62,151 nucleotides of DNA, filler included, from Globobulimina sp. (GCA_003354225.1; 11 parts of 11 records of this genome joined end to end with filler, not necessarily neighbours in it); one strand, 5' to 3'; shown: positions 33,990 through 46,897, counted from the whole stretch's first letter. Program-made: numbers and translations. The notes: generated from the letters alone by a model not told the origin.

Positions 33990-36877
33990 ATTCATCATTA
34001 AAAACCTCATCATTATTAATAATATTTTGTGTTTTGTTAATCGAAACAGATAACAAAAGATTGCGAGATGATTTGTTTATAATTTGCTGTATTTTTCTAT
34101 CATTTATGTCATTGCTTTCCAGCATAATTAGCAACGATACAAATATTATGAAAAACCATTGGAAATATTCACAATTTGACTGCACCGCTTGCAGATTGGA
34201 TATAAAATATTTGTGTCGTTCATTATTATGGCGCTTCTCAGAGATTACATTTCGTATTTTATTATTATTACTGTTGTACATTAGTTTTAGTGTAAAAACG
34301 TTTATAATACTCATCTCCGTTGAATTTTTCCTTAATTTTACCTTATTTTTTTTCAACCGATCCGTTTTATGTTTAGGCTCCATATTATTTTATCACGTGA
34401 CCTGCGGCAAATATTTTGGAGGTGGCACTGTGTTAAAAAATATCGGTTATTATATATTTGTTCTATTTTCTATTTACAGGTTTTTATCCTCATTTATTTA
34501 TTTACTATTATTAACAATTAAGAATTATTCAAACGTTTTGTACCCATTTTTAATTTACGAATGGGCCACATTCGTTTTATGGATATTATGCATGTTTTAT
34601 GTGACTGAAAAAGGCTCCAAAGCTGTCTACAACGACCAGTTATTAGCACCGTTAGCCATTTACCAACAATTTGTACAATTGTTAGATTTTATTGTGTTTG
34701 GCGCGGATATTACGGATTTAATCCAACATAAATATGATTATGACGCAAAAAATATCATTCAATATCTCTGTGCCGCCTCCGCCACAAATCATAAATATGC
34801 GTTGCAGACCGAAGCTCGCTTAGATATTATCAGAAATATTTGTTTTAAAAAGTATGACATTTACAAGCAATTTGTGTTTGAAACCAATGATAAAAACCAG
34901 ACGTGTTTACATTATGCGGTTATTGCCAATCAGTTGGATATTGTTAGGTTTTTGGTGCAGGATCAGGTTCGATATCAAAATGATAATGATATTAAAATGG
35001 ATATTAATCGGATGGACGACAATGATCAAACTGTGTTACATGTTGCCATTGAACGGAGTTATAATGGATTGATAAAATATATGTTTCTGGAATGTCAAGA
35101 TTTAGATATGACATTAAAAGATGTGATGAATAGAACATATTTACATTTTGCCGCAATGTCACAATCCATGCAAATTACTAAATATTTTGCTGCGTACAAG
35201 CTTGCCCATAACCAAGACAGCATTGATTTTGCCGCAGTTGATGATTATGGTAAAAGTATGTTATTTTATGTAGAAAATCTAGATTTAATAAAGTATTTAC
35301 TGGATAGACATGATTTAGATGTAAATGCAGTTGATTTTGATGGCAAAACAGTGTTATTTGATGCTATGAATGCTAACAAAATGGAGCTGACAAAATATTT
35401 AATCGAAGAATGTAACATTGATTGCGATGTGAGAGACAATGATGGCAATTTAGCGTTTTTTTATTGTCGTACTATTGAAGCTGCGGATTATATGATCAAT
35501 AAATGCAATATGGATTGCAATGTGGTGAATGATGACGGACAATCAGTTATATTCAATGCAATATCGTCGCATTATAATGGTGATTTGTGTAGATATTATA
35601 TTGAGACATGTAATATAAATATAAAACAAGTTGATAAATATAACAAAACATTAATTGATGTCGCAGTGGAATACTTAAATATAGCTCAAGTGCAATATTT
35701 AATCAATAAATTATTTGCCATGAACCATCGGCAAACTATCTATAAAAGTGGCGTCAAAAAAGCATCTGAGCCTAAAAAAAGCGCGTTATTCACTGTCAAC
35801 AGTACCAATGCATTGGAGGGCGAGTTTATGGACGAAGAGTATGATGATATTGATGATGATGTGATTAATATTAAAACGTGGATCTGTGCAAAGGATAAAT
35901 TAATCTCATCCCTGTATGACTTGTTTTCGTTTGGTTACAATGTAAATAATATCATGAATGGAGTGAATACAAAGAATGGAAATATTCATAACATCCATTA
36001 TATTGTTGGCAGTATGTATTATGTGGATGATAGTGACGAGAAATTGACTGCATTCGGTCTAGAAATTATACAAAATATGATTCTGAAAAATAATAAATTG
36101 ATTGACATTGAAGATGATGACAAAAAAACAACACTTTATTATTGCATTGACTCCGAAGTGTATGAGTTGGTGATATTGTTTGTAGAGAATGGCGCAAATT
36201 TATATCATTTGAATATTTTTAGAGAGTCGCCGTTGGAATATGCCATTCAGAAATGTAAATGTATCCAAATTCGGGAATATTTAACGGAGACAAGATATAA
36301 TTCGCCATTTGCAAATATACCGCATAAAAGTAACGACACCACGGATATCAACGTAACAATGGATGGAAATGAGGAGAAATCATTGGTGGAAATGGTGAGT
36401 ACGAGTTGTAACGAGGATATTCCGTCCATTTTGTTGCAAAAAACTATCGGCTATTTATCGCAGGATACGTATGGTTTGAAAGCAGAACATGTGGAAAAGC
36501 AGGAAAGTGAATGTGATGCACAGCATATTGGCGATGAGGAGGAGGACAATAATGATAATAAGGAGGAGGAAGAGGGGAATGTAAATTTGTCGGAGGAGAG
36601 CATTGTTGATGCAATGGCAATGGTTGATGTTCTAATGAATGAGGAATCGAGTCAACAAACGCAAGAGAATGATGATAGTGAGAAATCAAAGGAAAGTGTG
36701 CCATTGTTAACGCCTGAAATCTCTGTCAATGAGGATCAGAATGGAAATATAAAAAATAACATTGATAATGTGAATGTGAATGGGAATGAAGAATCTTTGC
36801 ATCAAACAAAAACAACGTCTAATGACGCGCTTAAACATGAACATCCTCCAAAAAATGCAACATCAATTGATTCTTGA
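33990..36877 (+). CDS. XK-related-like TM region + ankyrin repeats + acidic tail, 5'-truncated
   Basis: WRFSEITFRILLL (similar to the gene at 43516); repeats QTCLHYAV..LDIVRFLV, QTVLHVAI, GKTVLFDAM, TTLYYCI..LFVENGAN. Confidence 0.82.
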
Positions 36878-37030
36878 TCAATCTGTTTTGTTTATTATAT
36901 TTGCTATCAATGTATGTGTATTGTGTTTTTTGTTGGTTTTTATACAGTAACTTTTATGTTCTTTCAGCAATAAAATATTTTGTTCAATTCCGAATTTCCG
37001 ATTGGTTTTTTGTTAGTAACATACCTGCAA

Positions 37031-38167
37031 ATGTTTCAACAACCGCGTCTTTTCAAATTATTCCACATAAAATTCACATTACCAACACAACCCATCAATA
37101 ATTTTTGCAATGTTTCAAAGAAATTGAGCGTTGAAAAATTGTCGAACAAATATCAATGGAAATGGAATCATCATTTATCTGGTATCGATGGCAAGGAATG
37201 GTGGGAATATCCTTTTGTTGAATCGAATAAAATTGAAACACTCTATCAACAGTATCTAAAAAACAATACAAAAAAACAGCCAACAACAGATTTAATGATA
37301 AACTTAAAAGATACGGATCTATCTCTCCTATGGCTTGATGATAAATGTGCACACTTTGATTTTGAATGTATGAAAATGTATACTCCCTTTTATGGCGAGT
37401 ACAAACTGCAAAGAAAAGAAATATTTCCTTGTATTTATGGAAACAAATTAATTGATACCAATCAAAATCAGTTAATTAATGAATTATTGTATAATTTGCA
37501 CAAAATTGTTGATATTAAATATTATGGATATGATATATGTGTACATACAGCAGAGATGGATGTATTTGCATTGCTAAACACAGCAAATACGCCAATGAAT
37601 GAGAATAAATTATCAATACAATATTTCATCAAATTATTAATGCAATCTTATAATGTTGATACCGACAGTTTGTGTAATATAAAATCATACGGAATATCAA
37701 ATGATAATGTACTAAAAGCATACGAAGGAGAGATATTATTGAAAAACGTTATTGGTATTTATAATGATATGGATTCAAATTCAAATGCAAATATAATTGA
37801 ATTGATTGAGAATACACGAAAACAATTAACAGTTGAAAACTTTGTATCTGAATTTCCGTTGGCATTCGATAATTATTCGGATTATCTGTATGATTCAAAT
37901 GGTAATCATTATGCAGATGATAATGATTTAAGTATAAAAAACAAGATTGTAAGTTGGTGCTTGCAATGGATTGTATATTTGCAAAATAATTTATCTGATT
38001 GCTGTTTTTTTAAATTGCTCACATCGAACGTTAATACTCTCAAAACTACAGAAATTGATTCAAATGATGAAAGAATTTGGCAAAATCATCACGATTATAT
38101 TTTTATAGGGAAAACGATGGATGGCCATATAGTTGGTTGTCATAAAGCAATTCGATGGTTTTGGTAG
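37031..38167 (+). CDS. Protein with WWE-like domain and NuiA-like C-terminus
   Basis: YQWKW..EWWEYP..SNKIETLYQ; C-terminal DYIFIGKTMDGHIVG; basic N-terminus resembling a mitochondrial presequence. Confidence 0.55.
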   Translation: MFQQPRLFKLFHIKFTLPTQPINNFCNVSKKLSVEKLSNKYQWKWNHHLSGIDGKEWWEYPFVESNKIETLYQQYLKNNTKKQPTTDLMINLKDTDLSLLWLDDKCAHFDFECMKMYTPFYGEYKLQRKEIFPCIYGNKLIDTNQNQLINELLYNLHKIVDIKYYGYDICVHTAEMDVFALLNTANTPMNENKLSIQYFIKLLMQSYNVDTDSLCNIKSYGISNDNVLKAYEGEILLKNVIGIYNDMDSNSNANIIELIENTRKQLTVENFVSEFPLAFDNYSDYLYDSNGNHYADDNDLSIKNKIVSWCLQWIVYLQNNLSDCCFFKLLTSNVNTLKTTEIDSNDERIWQNHHDYIFIGKTMDGHIVGCHKAIRWFW

Positions 38168-38392
38168 AATAGATACTATTTTTTTGTCAAATTAAAAACA
38201 ATTTTATAACAATTTTAGACTTATGGGCCGGTTAAACTTTTTATATTTGTGCGATGTTTATTTGCTCTTTAATCTAAGCATTTCAATACACAGTTTCAAA
38301 AATAGTATTATTAAAAAAATAAAGCAACCATGATTCGTCTGATTCGTCTAAATATGATGCAAGTTTTTGTAGTTTAGTGAAAGAATTGAAGA

Positions 38393-38890
38393 ATGTGTGA
38401 TGAAAAATGGAGATTGCTACCTGCATTTGGTGTTGTATTGTGGGTCACATCATGTACATTTATGCTATATTTTGGAAGTACAGGAGTCATCACAGCGAAT
38501 GAATGGAAGGCAGAAATGACAAAAGAAAAATGTTATATAATGAAACGAACAGAAGAAGAGTGTTCATATGAATGTAATTGTTCGTCAAATGATGATGGAT
38601 CTGAATCTTGTTGGACATGCTGGGGATTACAATATGATTATGAAGCAGTAGCATATGACAAATGTGGTGATGCATCACTATCAACTTTGACATCTTCTGT
38701 CTGTGATCCCAGTGATGTGAAGAACATAGGCAAAGAATATACATGTTTTGTATTGGATTGCCATGAATCAGGATTTATATTTGAGCATCCAAATTCTTAT
38801 TTAGCTGGTTCCATTATTTTACTTATATTTGGATGCTTATTGCTAATTATTCCAACTATTGTTATATGTTACTGTATATCCAAACGTTGA
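38393..38890 (+). CDS. Two-TM protein with Cys-rich extracellular loop
   Basis: N- and C-terminal hydrophobic helices flanking a Cys-rich loop (topology like ion-channel beta subunits). Confidence 0.65.
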   Translation: MCDEKWRLLPAFGVVLWVTSCTFMLYFGSTGVITANEWKAEMTKEKCYIMKRTEEECSYECNCSSNDDGSESCWTCWGLQYDYEAVAYDKCGDASLSTLTSSVCDPSDVKNIGKEYTCFVLDCHESGFIFEHPNSYLAGSIILLIFGCLLLIIPTIVICYCISKR

Positions 38891-39117
38891 TATGATCGAG
38901 ACTTTTCCCATAAATATCTACATCATTAATCACAAAAATGGACAGATTAATGTTTTCTCTCCATCCCATGGATTTTTCTGTTCACGACTGCAACTGCAAC
39001 AAATACGTACTTTTGTATACGAAATATTATCAACAAACGTGAATCGAGAGAATGGTACACATGGAGGGGGGGTGGTTCTGCAGTAGATCTTGCTTTGTTT
39101 TTCTTCTGTGCGAAAGA

Positions 39118-39545
39118 ATGATGGCAACATTTTATCATTTTTATGCTGTGCTGTCTCTGCTTTGGTATTCCATATCAATATGTGTTGGGTCTCAATGTGT
39201 AGATGATCCAATGAAGAATAACTTATTATCATGGTATGAAGAGTGGATGAGAGGATTCCAAATTGATTATATAACTCTGCAGTCTGAATATCTGTTGTAT
39301 CACTTATATATGTTATAAAAAAGTGTACGTAATAATGTTAGCAGGTATTGGTGGTTCCTTTGTTGCACATATATTGGCGATGGATCCATCATATCCAAAA
39401 GTATTGTTATTAGAAGCAGGCACTAAACATAATACATCTGGCTTATCCACACAAATGGTGCCCGCAATGGTAGCAGAGAATCAATTAACTGATATCGGTT
39501 GGGAGTATCAATCATGATCAGAACCGTCGGATGGTTATTGTTGTA
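39118..39545 (+). pseudogene. GMC oxidoreductase N-terminal fragment, disrupted
   Basis: Signal peptide; AGIGGSFVAHILA..KVLLLEAG FAD-binding motif; the preceding D.IIVG strand is missing; in-frame TGA at 39515. Confidence 0.62.
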
Positions 39546-39645
39546 NNNNNNNNNNNNNNNNNNNNNNNNNNNNNNNNNNNNNNNNNNNNTTAATTAATTA
39601 ANNNNNNNNNNNNNNNNNNNNNNNNNNNNNNNNNNNNNNNNNNNN

Positions 39646-41658
39646 GATTGCGATTCTATGATAAATAAATATGTGATGGTGTATGAATTATTATATTTTG
39701 ACGAAGCAGAAACATTTTGTCAAAATGAAATCGGAACACATTTAGCATCCATCCACTCATTATATGACCATCGAGAGACCTTATTTCTATGTGAACGCTA
39801 TATTAATGATTGTTGGATTGGATTGAATATAAATGTGAATAAATGGACAGATGGCACGAAGTTTGATTATGGCAATGAATATAATGAATATCCGTGGCGC
39901 TCAAATCAACCAAATGTAACAAACATAAATGAGAATCAATTTACAATGGGAACTGCTTTGGTTTCTGATAAATGGACTGTTTTTAATCAAAACCAGAAAC
40001 ATTATTTTTTATGTAATTTGCCATCCACAATTTGCAATTCATCGCAATGGCAAGTAATAAACGGACAATATGTTGCATGGAATGAGTGTGAAATAGATAT
40101 TAATACTGATTTTATGGCGATTTTATCCGATAAAGAATGGATTAATACAAATAATAAATTAATTATTGAATATATGTATAAAATAAATGAAAAGGCATTT
40201 TTGCAACAAGACATTTATTTTAATTCAGCCATATTACTATTTAATTTTGAATCAGTTTGTAATTATTATGAAATTGGCATTTTATACGTGAATAATCTAT
40301 TTTATTTATATATTGCAAAATGGATGAATGGATATTATTATTTGTTACACACAAATGAAATAATTGAGTATGATGAGTTTGTTGATAATTCATATCACAC
40401 ATTAAAAATAGTCGTGATTGAGGCACGTAAATTTAATATAAATCTGAATGGAATACATTATTTAGAAGTAATTGATTCGGATAGAAGCAATTCTACAGCG
40501 GACTATTCTGGATATTCTGGGCGCATTGGATTAGTAAATAATAATTTAAAAATTACAATAAAATCATTATTTGTTTCTGGCTCACAAGTTTTATTAAAGA
40601 ATACCCAAAATATTGCAGAATGTGCAAATATCATTGAGTTACAATTAAATTATGATGAATATGAACTAAAATATGGAATCATTATAACTATTATCATTAC
40701 AAATGGCATCAACACATTGCAATTGCAACTGAATCAAACCCAAATGATATTAATATCAAATATAAGTAATAATATTATAAACCAAAGAATAAATCGCCTA
40801 CAATCGCTCCAACAGATTGATAAAAATTGTATTTTTGATGATAAAATGGATATTAATACGTCTGATAATACATTAATAATAAATACGACAATATTTGTTT
40901 GTGAGCCAGAGACCCAATCCATTTTAACTGTGGATTTTACTGTCAATTTACAGCGCGATTTAATCGAAACGAATGAGTTATTAATAGCTTTAAATATAAA
41001 CGCATCAAATCTTGATGTTCAAGTTTTGAACTTTAATGAAATGGAAGTAATTGTTCCCCCAACAACAACTTCAAATAATTTATCAAATACTGACTCAACA
41101 ATGAATTGGAACATTATTAGTTATATTAAACAAATACATACTTTGTGGGTTGTAATCTATGTATGTGCCGTATGTGCATTTTGTGTAATTTTGTTGGTTG
41201 TTTGCGTGAAATGCTGTAAATGGAGAAGAGATATTAAAAGGGATGAAATTGGTGGCGGTGGGCATTCCATTCCTATCATGGCATTAAAAACAGAGGCAAT
41301 TTCTAATCAAGAAAAGGCAAATTTAATTCATCGGAATGTTGATGATTCTCCGAATATGAATGAAAAACACAGACACAAAGAGAGTGAGAGCTTAATTGTA
41401 AGATATCCCGGCGACGATCATGAATTTAAGAAAAGATATGATAATAAATATAATAAAAAAAATGTAAACAAATTTAGAACTCCTGGCTCCACCGATAATA
41501 ATAACGATTTTAATGATGAATTAAATCCAAATTTACAAAACGATGAATTTATTATTCATGAAATGAATATTCAATTAGGACCAGGTTTTGCTTATAATTG
41601 TCCTGAAAATGATTCTGTTGTTCACAGTGACTCTCAACGTAACACAACAAAACATTAA
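39646..41658 (+). CDS. C-type lectin domain single-pass membrane protein, 5'-truncated
   Basis: AETFC..HLASIHS..CWIGLN..WTDGT..W..NQPN..FLCN; TM helix near aa 495-515. Confidence 0.85.
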   Translation, partial: DCDSMINKYVMVYELLYFDEAETFCQNEIGTHLASIHSLYDHRETLFLCERYINDCWIGLNINVNKWTDGTKFDYGNEYNEYPWRSNQPNVTNINENQFTMGTALVSDKWTVFNQNQKHYFLCNLPSTICNSSQWQVINGQYVAWNECEIDINTDFMAILSDKEWINTNNKLIIEYMYKINEKAFLQQDIYFNSAILLFNFESVCNYYEIGILYVNNLFYLYIAKWMNGYYYLLHTNEIIEYDEFVDNSYHTLKIVVIEARKFNINLNGIHYLEVIDSDRSNSTADYSGYSGRIGLVNNNLKITIKSLFVSGSQVLLKNTQNIAECANIIELQLNYDEYELKYGIIITIIITNGINTLQLQLNQTQMILISNISNNIINQRINRLQSLQQIDKNCIFDDKMDINTSDNTLIINTTIFVCEPETQSILTVDFTVNLQRDLIETNELLIALNINASNLDVQVLNFNEMEVIVPPTTTSNNLSNTDSTMNWNIISYIKQIHTLWVVIYVCAVCAFCVILLVVCVKCCKWRRDIKRDEIGGGGHSIPIMALKTEAISNQEKANLIHRNVDDSPNMNEKHRHKESESLIVRYPGDDHEFKKRYDNKYNKKNVNKFRTPGSTDNNNDFNDELNPNLQNDEFIIHEMNIQLGPGFAYNCPENDSVVHSDSQRNTTKH

Positions 41659-41755
41659 TAATGCACAGTGACTCAAATTGTTTTTAACGTACGTTTCCTG
41701 TGGGTTTTTCATATACAAAAAGTGTTTCCAAACATGTACAAGTTGCTAGGATCGA

Positions 41756-43309
41756 TCAACAGTCATCAAAAGCAATGCGCCAACTCCAAAACACTAATCT
41801 TTGATTGTTTGTGTTTGGTGTCTTCATTTTAGCCAATAACCACTTTTCGCCATGATATTCCCAGAATGCCTGTCCTAAAGCAACCACTTTATATGAGTTA
41901 CAAACATAAACTCCATCAAAATCCACAAATCCGGGAAGTAAAACATCAGATATCATTGCAATAACTTGTTGGTCCGATGTCGCTTTCACATTACAAATAT
42001 CAACAGTTTTCTTTTGATAACGTTGCAAAACATTACGTTTTGTCTCACTATTTTCAATACAAATATCTCCGATTTCTGATAAATAAAATTCAGTATGATA
42101 TGGCGCGAAATAATCGCCATATATACCAAATATCGGTTGTTTTGTTTGAATGTCATTCATTTTATGCAATGATTTATATTTAAGATATATTCGGACAAAC
42201 AATTCAATCCAAAAATGCTTTACATCTTCAAAATCTATACTAAACTCAACAGTTTCTCCATTTCTGTCTACACGAAATATTTTCTTCCCAATTTGTAGTA
42301 ATTCATCATAATTATTCGCAATTTTTGCCCAAAACTCTGGAATTTGATAAAAAAATGACAAATAATGCATTACACATAATTTCTTTTGTTGGTCAGTTTT
42401 GGCGAAACCATTAAATCGTTTGATTTGTTGTCGAATAATTCTTTTTACTTTGCCGGTTTTAGAAAGAAGATTAGAATCTGATTTGTGCGGAGTTTGTAAA
42501 TTTGTGAAAATGAAATCACACATTTTCCCATCATTACTATTACACATATTTCTAATCTGTACATCCCAAACATGTACGGCATAAACGGAAACTCCATAAA
42601 AAGCGCCTTTTCCTTGCTCGCTTAAGTTAGTATTTGATATAAATGATTGTACTCTGCATTTTGCTTCATTTTGGGTTAAAAATGCATTAAATCGCAGCTT
42701 GTAATCAATGATATCTCTCCAGTGTTTATCATTGTTTTTATTTAATATGTCAGACTGACAAATTGCAACTAATGTTGGACATGAACAGTATTCAATAATT
42801 ATGCAACCAATATCTGATTCAAATAAATATTGGATATCTTTATATGTCGCAGATATTCTGTTCACTAATGATTTAATGGTATTTCTCATATCATTTATTT
42901 CCTTATAAACAGTATTAATTAATTTAATTTTTGATTTTGTTAATTTCTCAATTTCGTTTTCAAGCTCAGATATTGATAATTTTGCTGATTGTTGTCCTCG
43001 ATACGACTGCACTGCGCTTGATGTTGCATTATCAATTTTAGCGTTATTATTCGGTGCTATATTAAATGTATTTATTTCTTCTAACACTTCTGATGAAATC
43101 TGTTGTTTTTCTTGTACTCTGTATAGATATTGAATCATTGTTTGTAACCGCAACATCTCAGTGCTGCTATTTTGTAATAATGTCAATTTAGAGAGTTGTA
43201 TTCGACACAGTGTTGCCATCAATTCTTTATGTTTGTGGGACATTTTTTTGAATGTTTTCACTAAAAAAGTTAAGATGAATTCTTGATTGTCTCGTTTCTT
43301 TTTATCCAT
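41756..43309 (-). CDS. Hypothetical protein with N-terminal coiled coil and weak F-box-like segment
   Basis: 517-aa ORF; DIGCIIIEYCSCPTLVAICQ..W. Confidence 0.55.
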   Translation of the reverse strand: MDKKKRDNQEFILTFLVKTFKKMSHKHKELMATLCRIQLSKLTLLQNSSTEMLRLQTMIQYLYRVQEKQQISSEVLEEINTFNIAPNNNAKIDNATSSAVQSYRGQQSAKLSISELENEIEKLTKSKIKLINTVYKEINDMRNTIKSLVNRISATYKDIQYLFESDIGCIIIEYCSCPTLVAICQSDILNKNNDKHWRDIIDYKLRFNAFLTQNEAKCRVQSFISNTNLSEQGKGAFYGVSVYAVHVWDVQIRNMCNSNDGKMCDFIFTNLQTPHKSDSNLLSKTGKVKRIIRQQIKRFNGFAKTDQQKKLCVMHYLSFFYQIPEFWAKIANNYDELLQIGKKIFRVDRNGETVEFSIDFEDVKHFWIELFVRIYLKYKSLHKMNDIQTKQPIFGIYGDYFAPYHTEFYLSEIGDICIENSETKRNVLQRYQKKTVDICNVKATSDQQVIAMISDVLLPGFVDFDGVYVCNSYKVVALGQAFWEYHGEKWLLAKMKTPNTNNQRLVFWSWRIAFDDC

Positions 43310-43515
43310 TCTTTACTTTCTTTATTTCTCTCTTCTCTTTTGTATATTTTTTACTTTCTCCATTAATTTCTCACAGTGATAAACTTTTTGAGTTTAAGTT
43401 TTTCTATTTTGTAGAACACTTTTTTACATTTAAATTCATTTCCTGACGCGACGACAGTACTTGTTTGAAAATTACCCTTTCTAGAAACAACAAAATCAGT
43501 AATATTCAAGTTAAG

Positions 43516-45199
43516 ATGAATTCCACCCTCACAACCATAGCTTCGCGGTCACAGAACGACACTCCAATTGTTGATGGTAGAATAATTACACGGTGCTATA
43601 TATCAATACAAGTAAGCATCGCATTGTTTATATCCATCATTGGTGCAATTCATGTGAATCGATGTATCAATGAAATCAAAAAAGGTGAGTTATATATAAT
43701 TTACATCGATATATAGAATGAAATATACATCGATATATATATATAAATTAATAGCGAAAAGGACAAATACTGGAATTGAAAAGGAATCGGGAGGTGATCA
43801 GCAACCAATACATGAAGAAGAAAAAGGCGAAACGCCACTAAACGTCGTCATTGATGATAACATTGAGATAACTGAAGAAAAAGCAAAAGCCATAACAGAT
43901 ATATTGGACAGCAAAGATAATGAAAATGTACCAAAGAAACAAATTTTTTGTAAATTATGGGGTCACACAGTATGGAAAATGCGAAGCGTTTATAGTGGTT
44001 TGGCGGTTCATTCATTCGACGTATTGACAGATATATTAGTCATTATTCAATGGATGCAAATGCAAAATTATTCCGGCGATCATATAGATCCTAAAGTTAT
44101 GGCATATGCTGGAATCGCTGTATTGTTCGCATCCAAAATTATCTCAACTATTGCTATTTTTTTGAAAGAATTAAATATTCGAAGAGCTATGTTGCAATTT
44201 TTAGATGTATTGATATTTGAAGAACTATATGAAAGTCATAAGAAAATTGTGTCTCAAATAAAAAATAAAAAGTGCCTCAAAGACGAAGCCATTGAATCCA
44301 CGCTATCTTTTAAATATGTACGTAATTTCGAAGCTGTTTTTGAATCAATCCCTCAATCTGTGTTGCAGTTAGTTTTTATTATGAGAATTCCTGAAGGCGA
44401 AGCTAAGTATAATCCAATATTTATAATATCCATCATCCAATCTATCATTTCTATGACCAATTCCATATTAAATAATGATTTTACGCGAATGCAAGACGAC
44501 CAATTTAAGAAATATAAGCAACGGTTACCTCCGACATTTGAATGTTTCAAACATTCTTTGTGTCGATTTTCTGAGGTTGTATATCGCATTGGTTTGCTAG
44601 CTTTATTTTGGACGGTTTGCGAAGGATTGGCATTTTCTATTATGTTGGGCATAGAATTAGCATTACTTTTATCCATCACATTTTATTTCATTTTTTACAA
44701 AGAAAAACGAGAGTTTAGTGGTGACACATTTTTATTGGCCATCAACACAGTGATCGTTGTGCCGTCAGAAGAAGTATATACAGGGCGGTTGTGGGACGAA
44801 TCAATTTCTGATTTGGACTTTATGGATTATTTTGTGTTTGGCATATTGTTAATATTCGGGAATTGTTGCTGTTGTTTTGGTTTCGCGGCGTGTTTGACAG
44901 GATTGGTGAGAGCAATTAGTTGGAAACGGGTTATTATTGACTTTGTGCCCACTATGCGAATTGCAGTGAGTATTTCTGAATTGACAGTAGTTATTTTGTA
45001 TGGCATATATGGCCAAAATGGAAGGCGTGAAACGTTTTTATTAACATTGGAACATTGTTTATTGACATTTATTGCCACATCTGTATGCTTACTTATCTAC
45101 AGTCAGTTTGGTATATTGTTTCCAGACTTTTCATTGCCTGTAAATGTAAACGTGCGAAGTAAATGGGGCTATGCATACTCGAATGAATTGACAGAATTA
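43516..45199 (+). CDS. XK-related (Xkr-like) multi-pass membrane protein, 3'-truncated
   Basis: Phase-1 intron 43685-43754; FDVLTDI, EAVFESIPQSVLQL, RFSEVVYRI motifs. Confidence 0.8.
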
Positions 45200-45299
45200 N
45201 NNNNNNNNNNNNNNNNNNNNNNNNNNNNNNNNNNNNNNNNNNNTTAATTAATTAANNNNNNNNNNNNNNNNNNNNNNNNNNNNNNNNNNNNNNNNNNNN

Positions 45300-46897
45300 T
45301 GCGGAGCATATGCTTTAAATCTTGGATATGAATCATAAATTTCAAATTTGTCTGTTTTCTCTTGAATAAATATAAATTTTGATGAATTATTCTCTTGCGG
45401 TATAATTAAAACAACAGTGGTGTCAGTAAATGTTGTTTGGATCACATCGTTGCTCAGTTTAATGATTCTCGCATATTCCGTTGGTTTATTCTTTTCGAGG
45501 TAAACAATGTCATTTATTGTATTAATCACATTTTTGCTGGTTTTTATATTATCTGAATTGATTGAAAAATTGCTCCACATCGTTTTAGCGATTTCCATGA
45601 AAATTTTGAATTTTTTGTTTAACTGCACATCTGTGCTTTTATTTGGTGCAAATTGTTTATAATCATACTTTATTTTCTCTCCATTGGTGTCCACATAACA
45701 TACAAATTTCTTACTGATGGGCAATATCAATGAAGACGTATCGTTAAAAAACATCCCCGTGCAGCCATTTGATAAAATGTAACCAATTCCATACTTATTA
45801 TAATCAATATATTTCACCACATTGACGCATAAATTATTTAATATCTTACTATTCAATTTGCTGCAATTAATACAAAATGATATCAATTCTTCAGCGTCGA
45901 TGCAATCTTTATAACCGCCGGGAAATAATTCTTTTTTGGTTGGTTTCCTCGATAAAATAATTGCTGGCAACTTTGTTGGCATTCTCTTCTGAAAAAATGG
46001 ATGCATTAATATCTGCTTTAAATTTAATCTGTTTCCAGGCTTAATTTGCAAAATGCGGCGCATTAAATCTTTGCTACACTCTGATAATAACGAAGTGGGC
46101 GGAAATACGAATTGGCATTTCTTGATTTTATCCAATGTCTCGTTCTTCGACTTTGCGTGAAAGGGAGGCTGCCCAAAAATTAACGTAAATGTCATGATAC
46201 CAATGGACCAAATATCCACTTCATACGAATGTCCATTATAACCCTTTTTATCCTCGCCAACACCCAATGCGATTTCCGGTGCGATGTAATTTGGTGTCCC
46301 GCATATCGTCGTTTTGCGTTGCTCATATTTTTCTAATTTCGCAGCCAATCCAAAATCACAAATTTTAATATTCATATGTGAGTCTAATAAGACATTGGCT
46401 AATTTCAAATCTCTGTGAATAATGTTGCATTCACGATGCAGATACTTGACACCCTCACTTGTTTGGTACATAATAAATCGCGTCTCACATTCTGTCAATT
46501 TTTTCCTTTTATCCAATAATGTTTGTAAACAGCCATTGGGACAATAATCAATCATCAAATATAATATTTGCTGATTTTCAAAATATCGAAAAAATTTGAC
46601 AATATTTTTGTTTCTGTCTTTTGCACCGAGGCCCGCACATAATGAATGTAATTGAATTTCGGACTTTACTTTTTCAAAATGTTTTTTTGATCTTATTAGT
46701 GATTTATCAATGAATTTACATGCGTAGAATTCACCAGATTCTGCTGATTTTATCAGGTAAACTTCTGCAAATGCACCCAAACCTAATCGTTTCTGGATGG
46801 AGTAGGTTTCAATGTGATTTGAATGGGCCACATTGTGCCAAATGCGCTCTCCAATGCGTGAATCCGCTCGCGAATGATTACGATTATGACTTTTCAT
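45300..46897 (-). CDS. PLK: Polo-like Ser/Thr kinase, 3'-truncated
   Basis: GLGAFAEVY, HRDLKLAN, DFGLAA, TICGTPNYIAPE, HSYEVDIWS; polo box VVKYIDYNKYGIGYILSNG..G.FFND. Confidence 0.95.
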
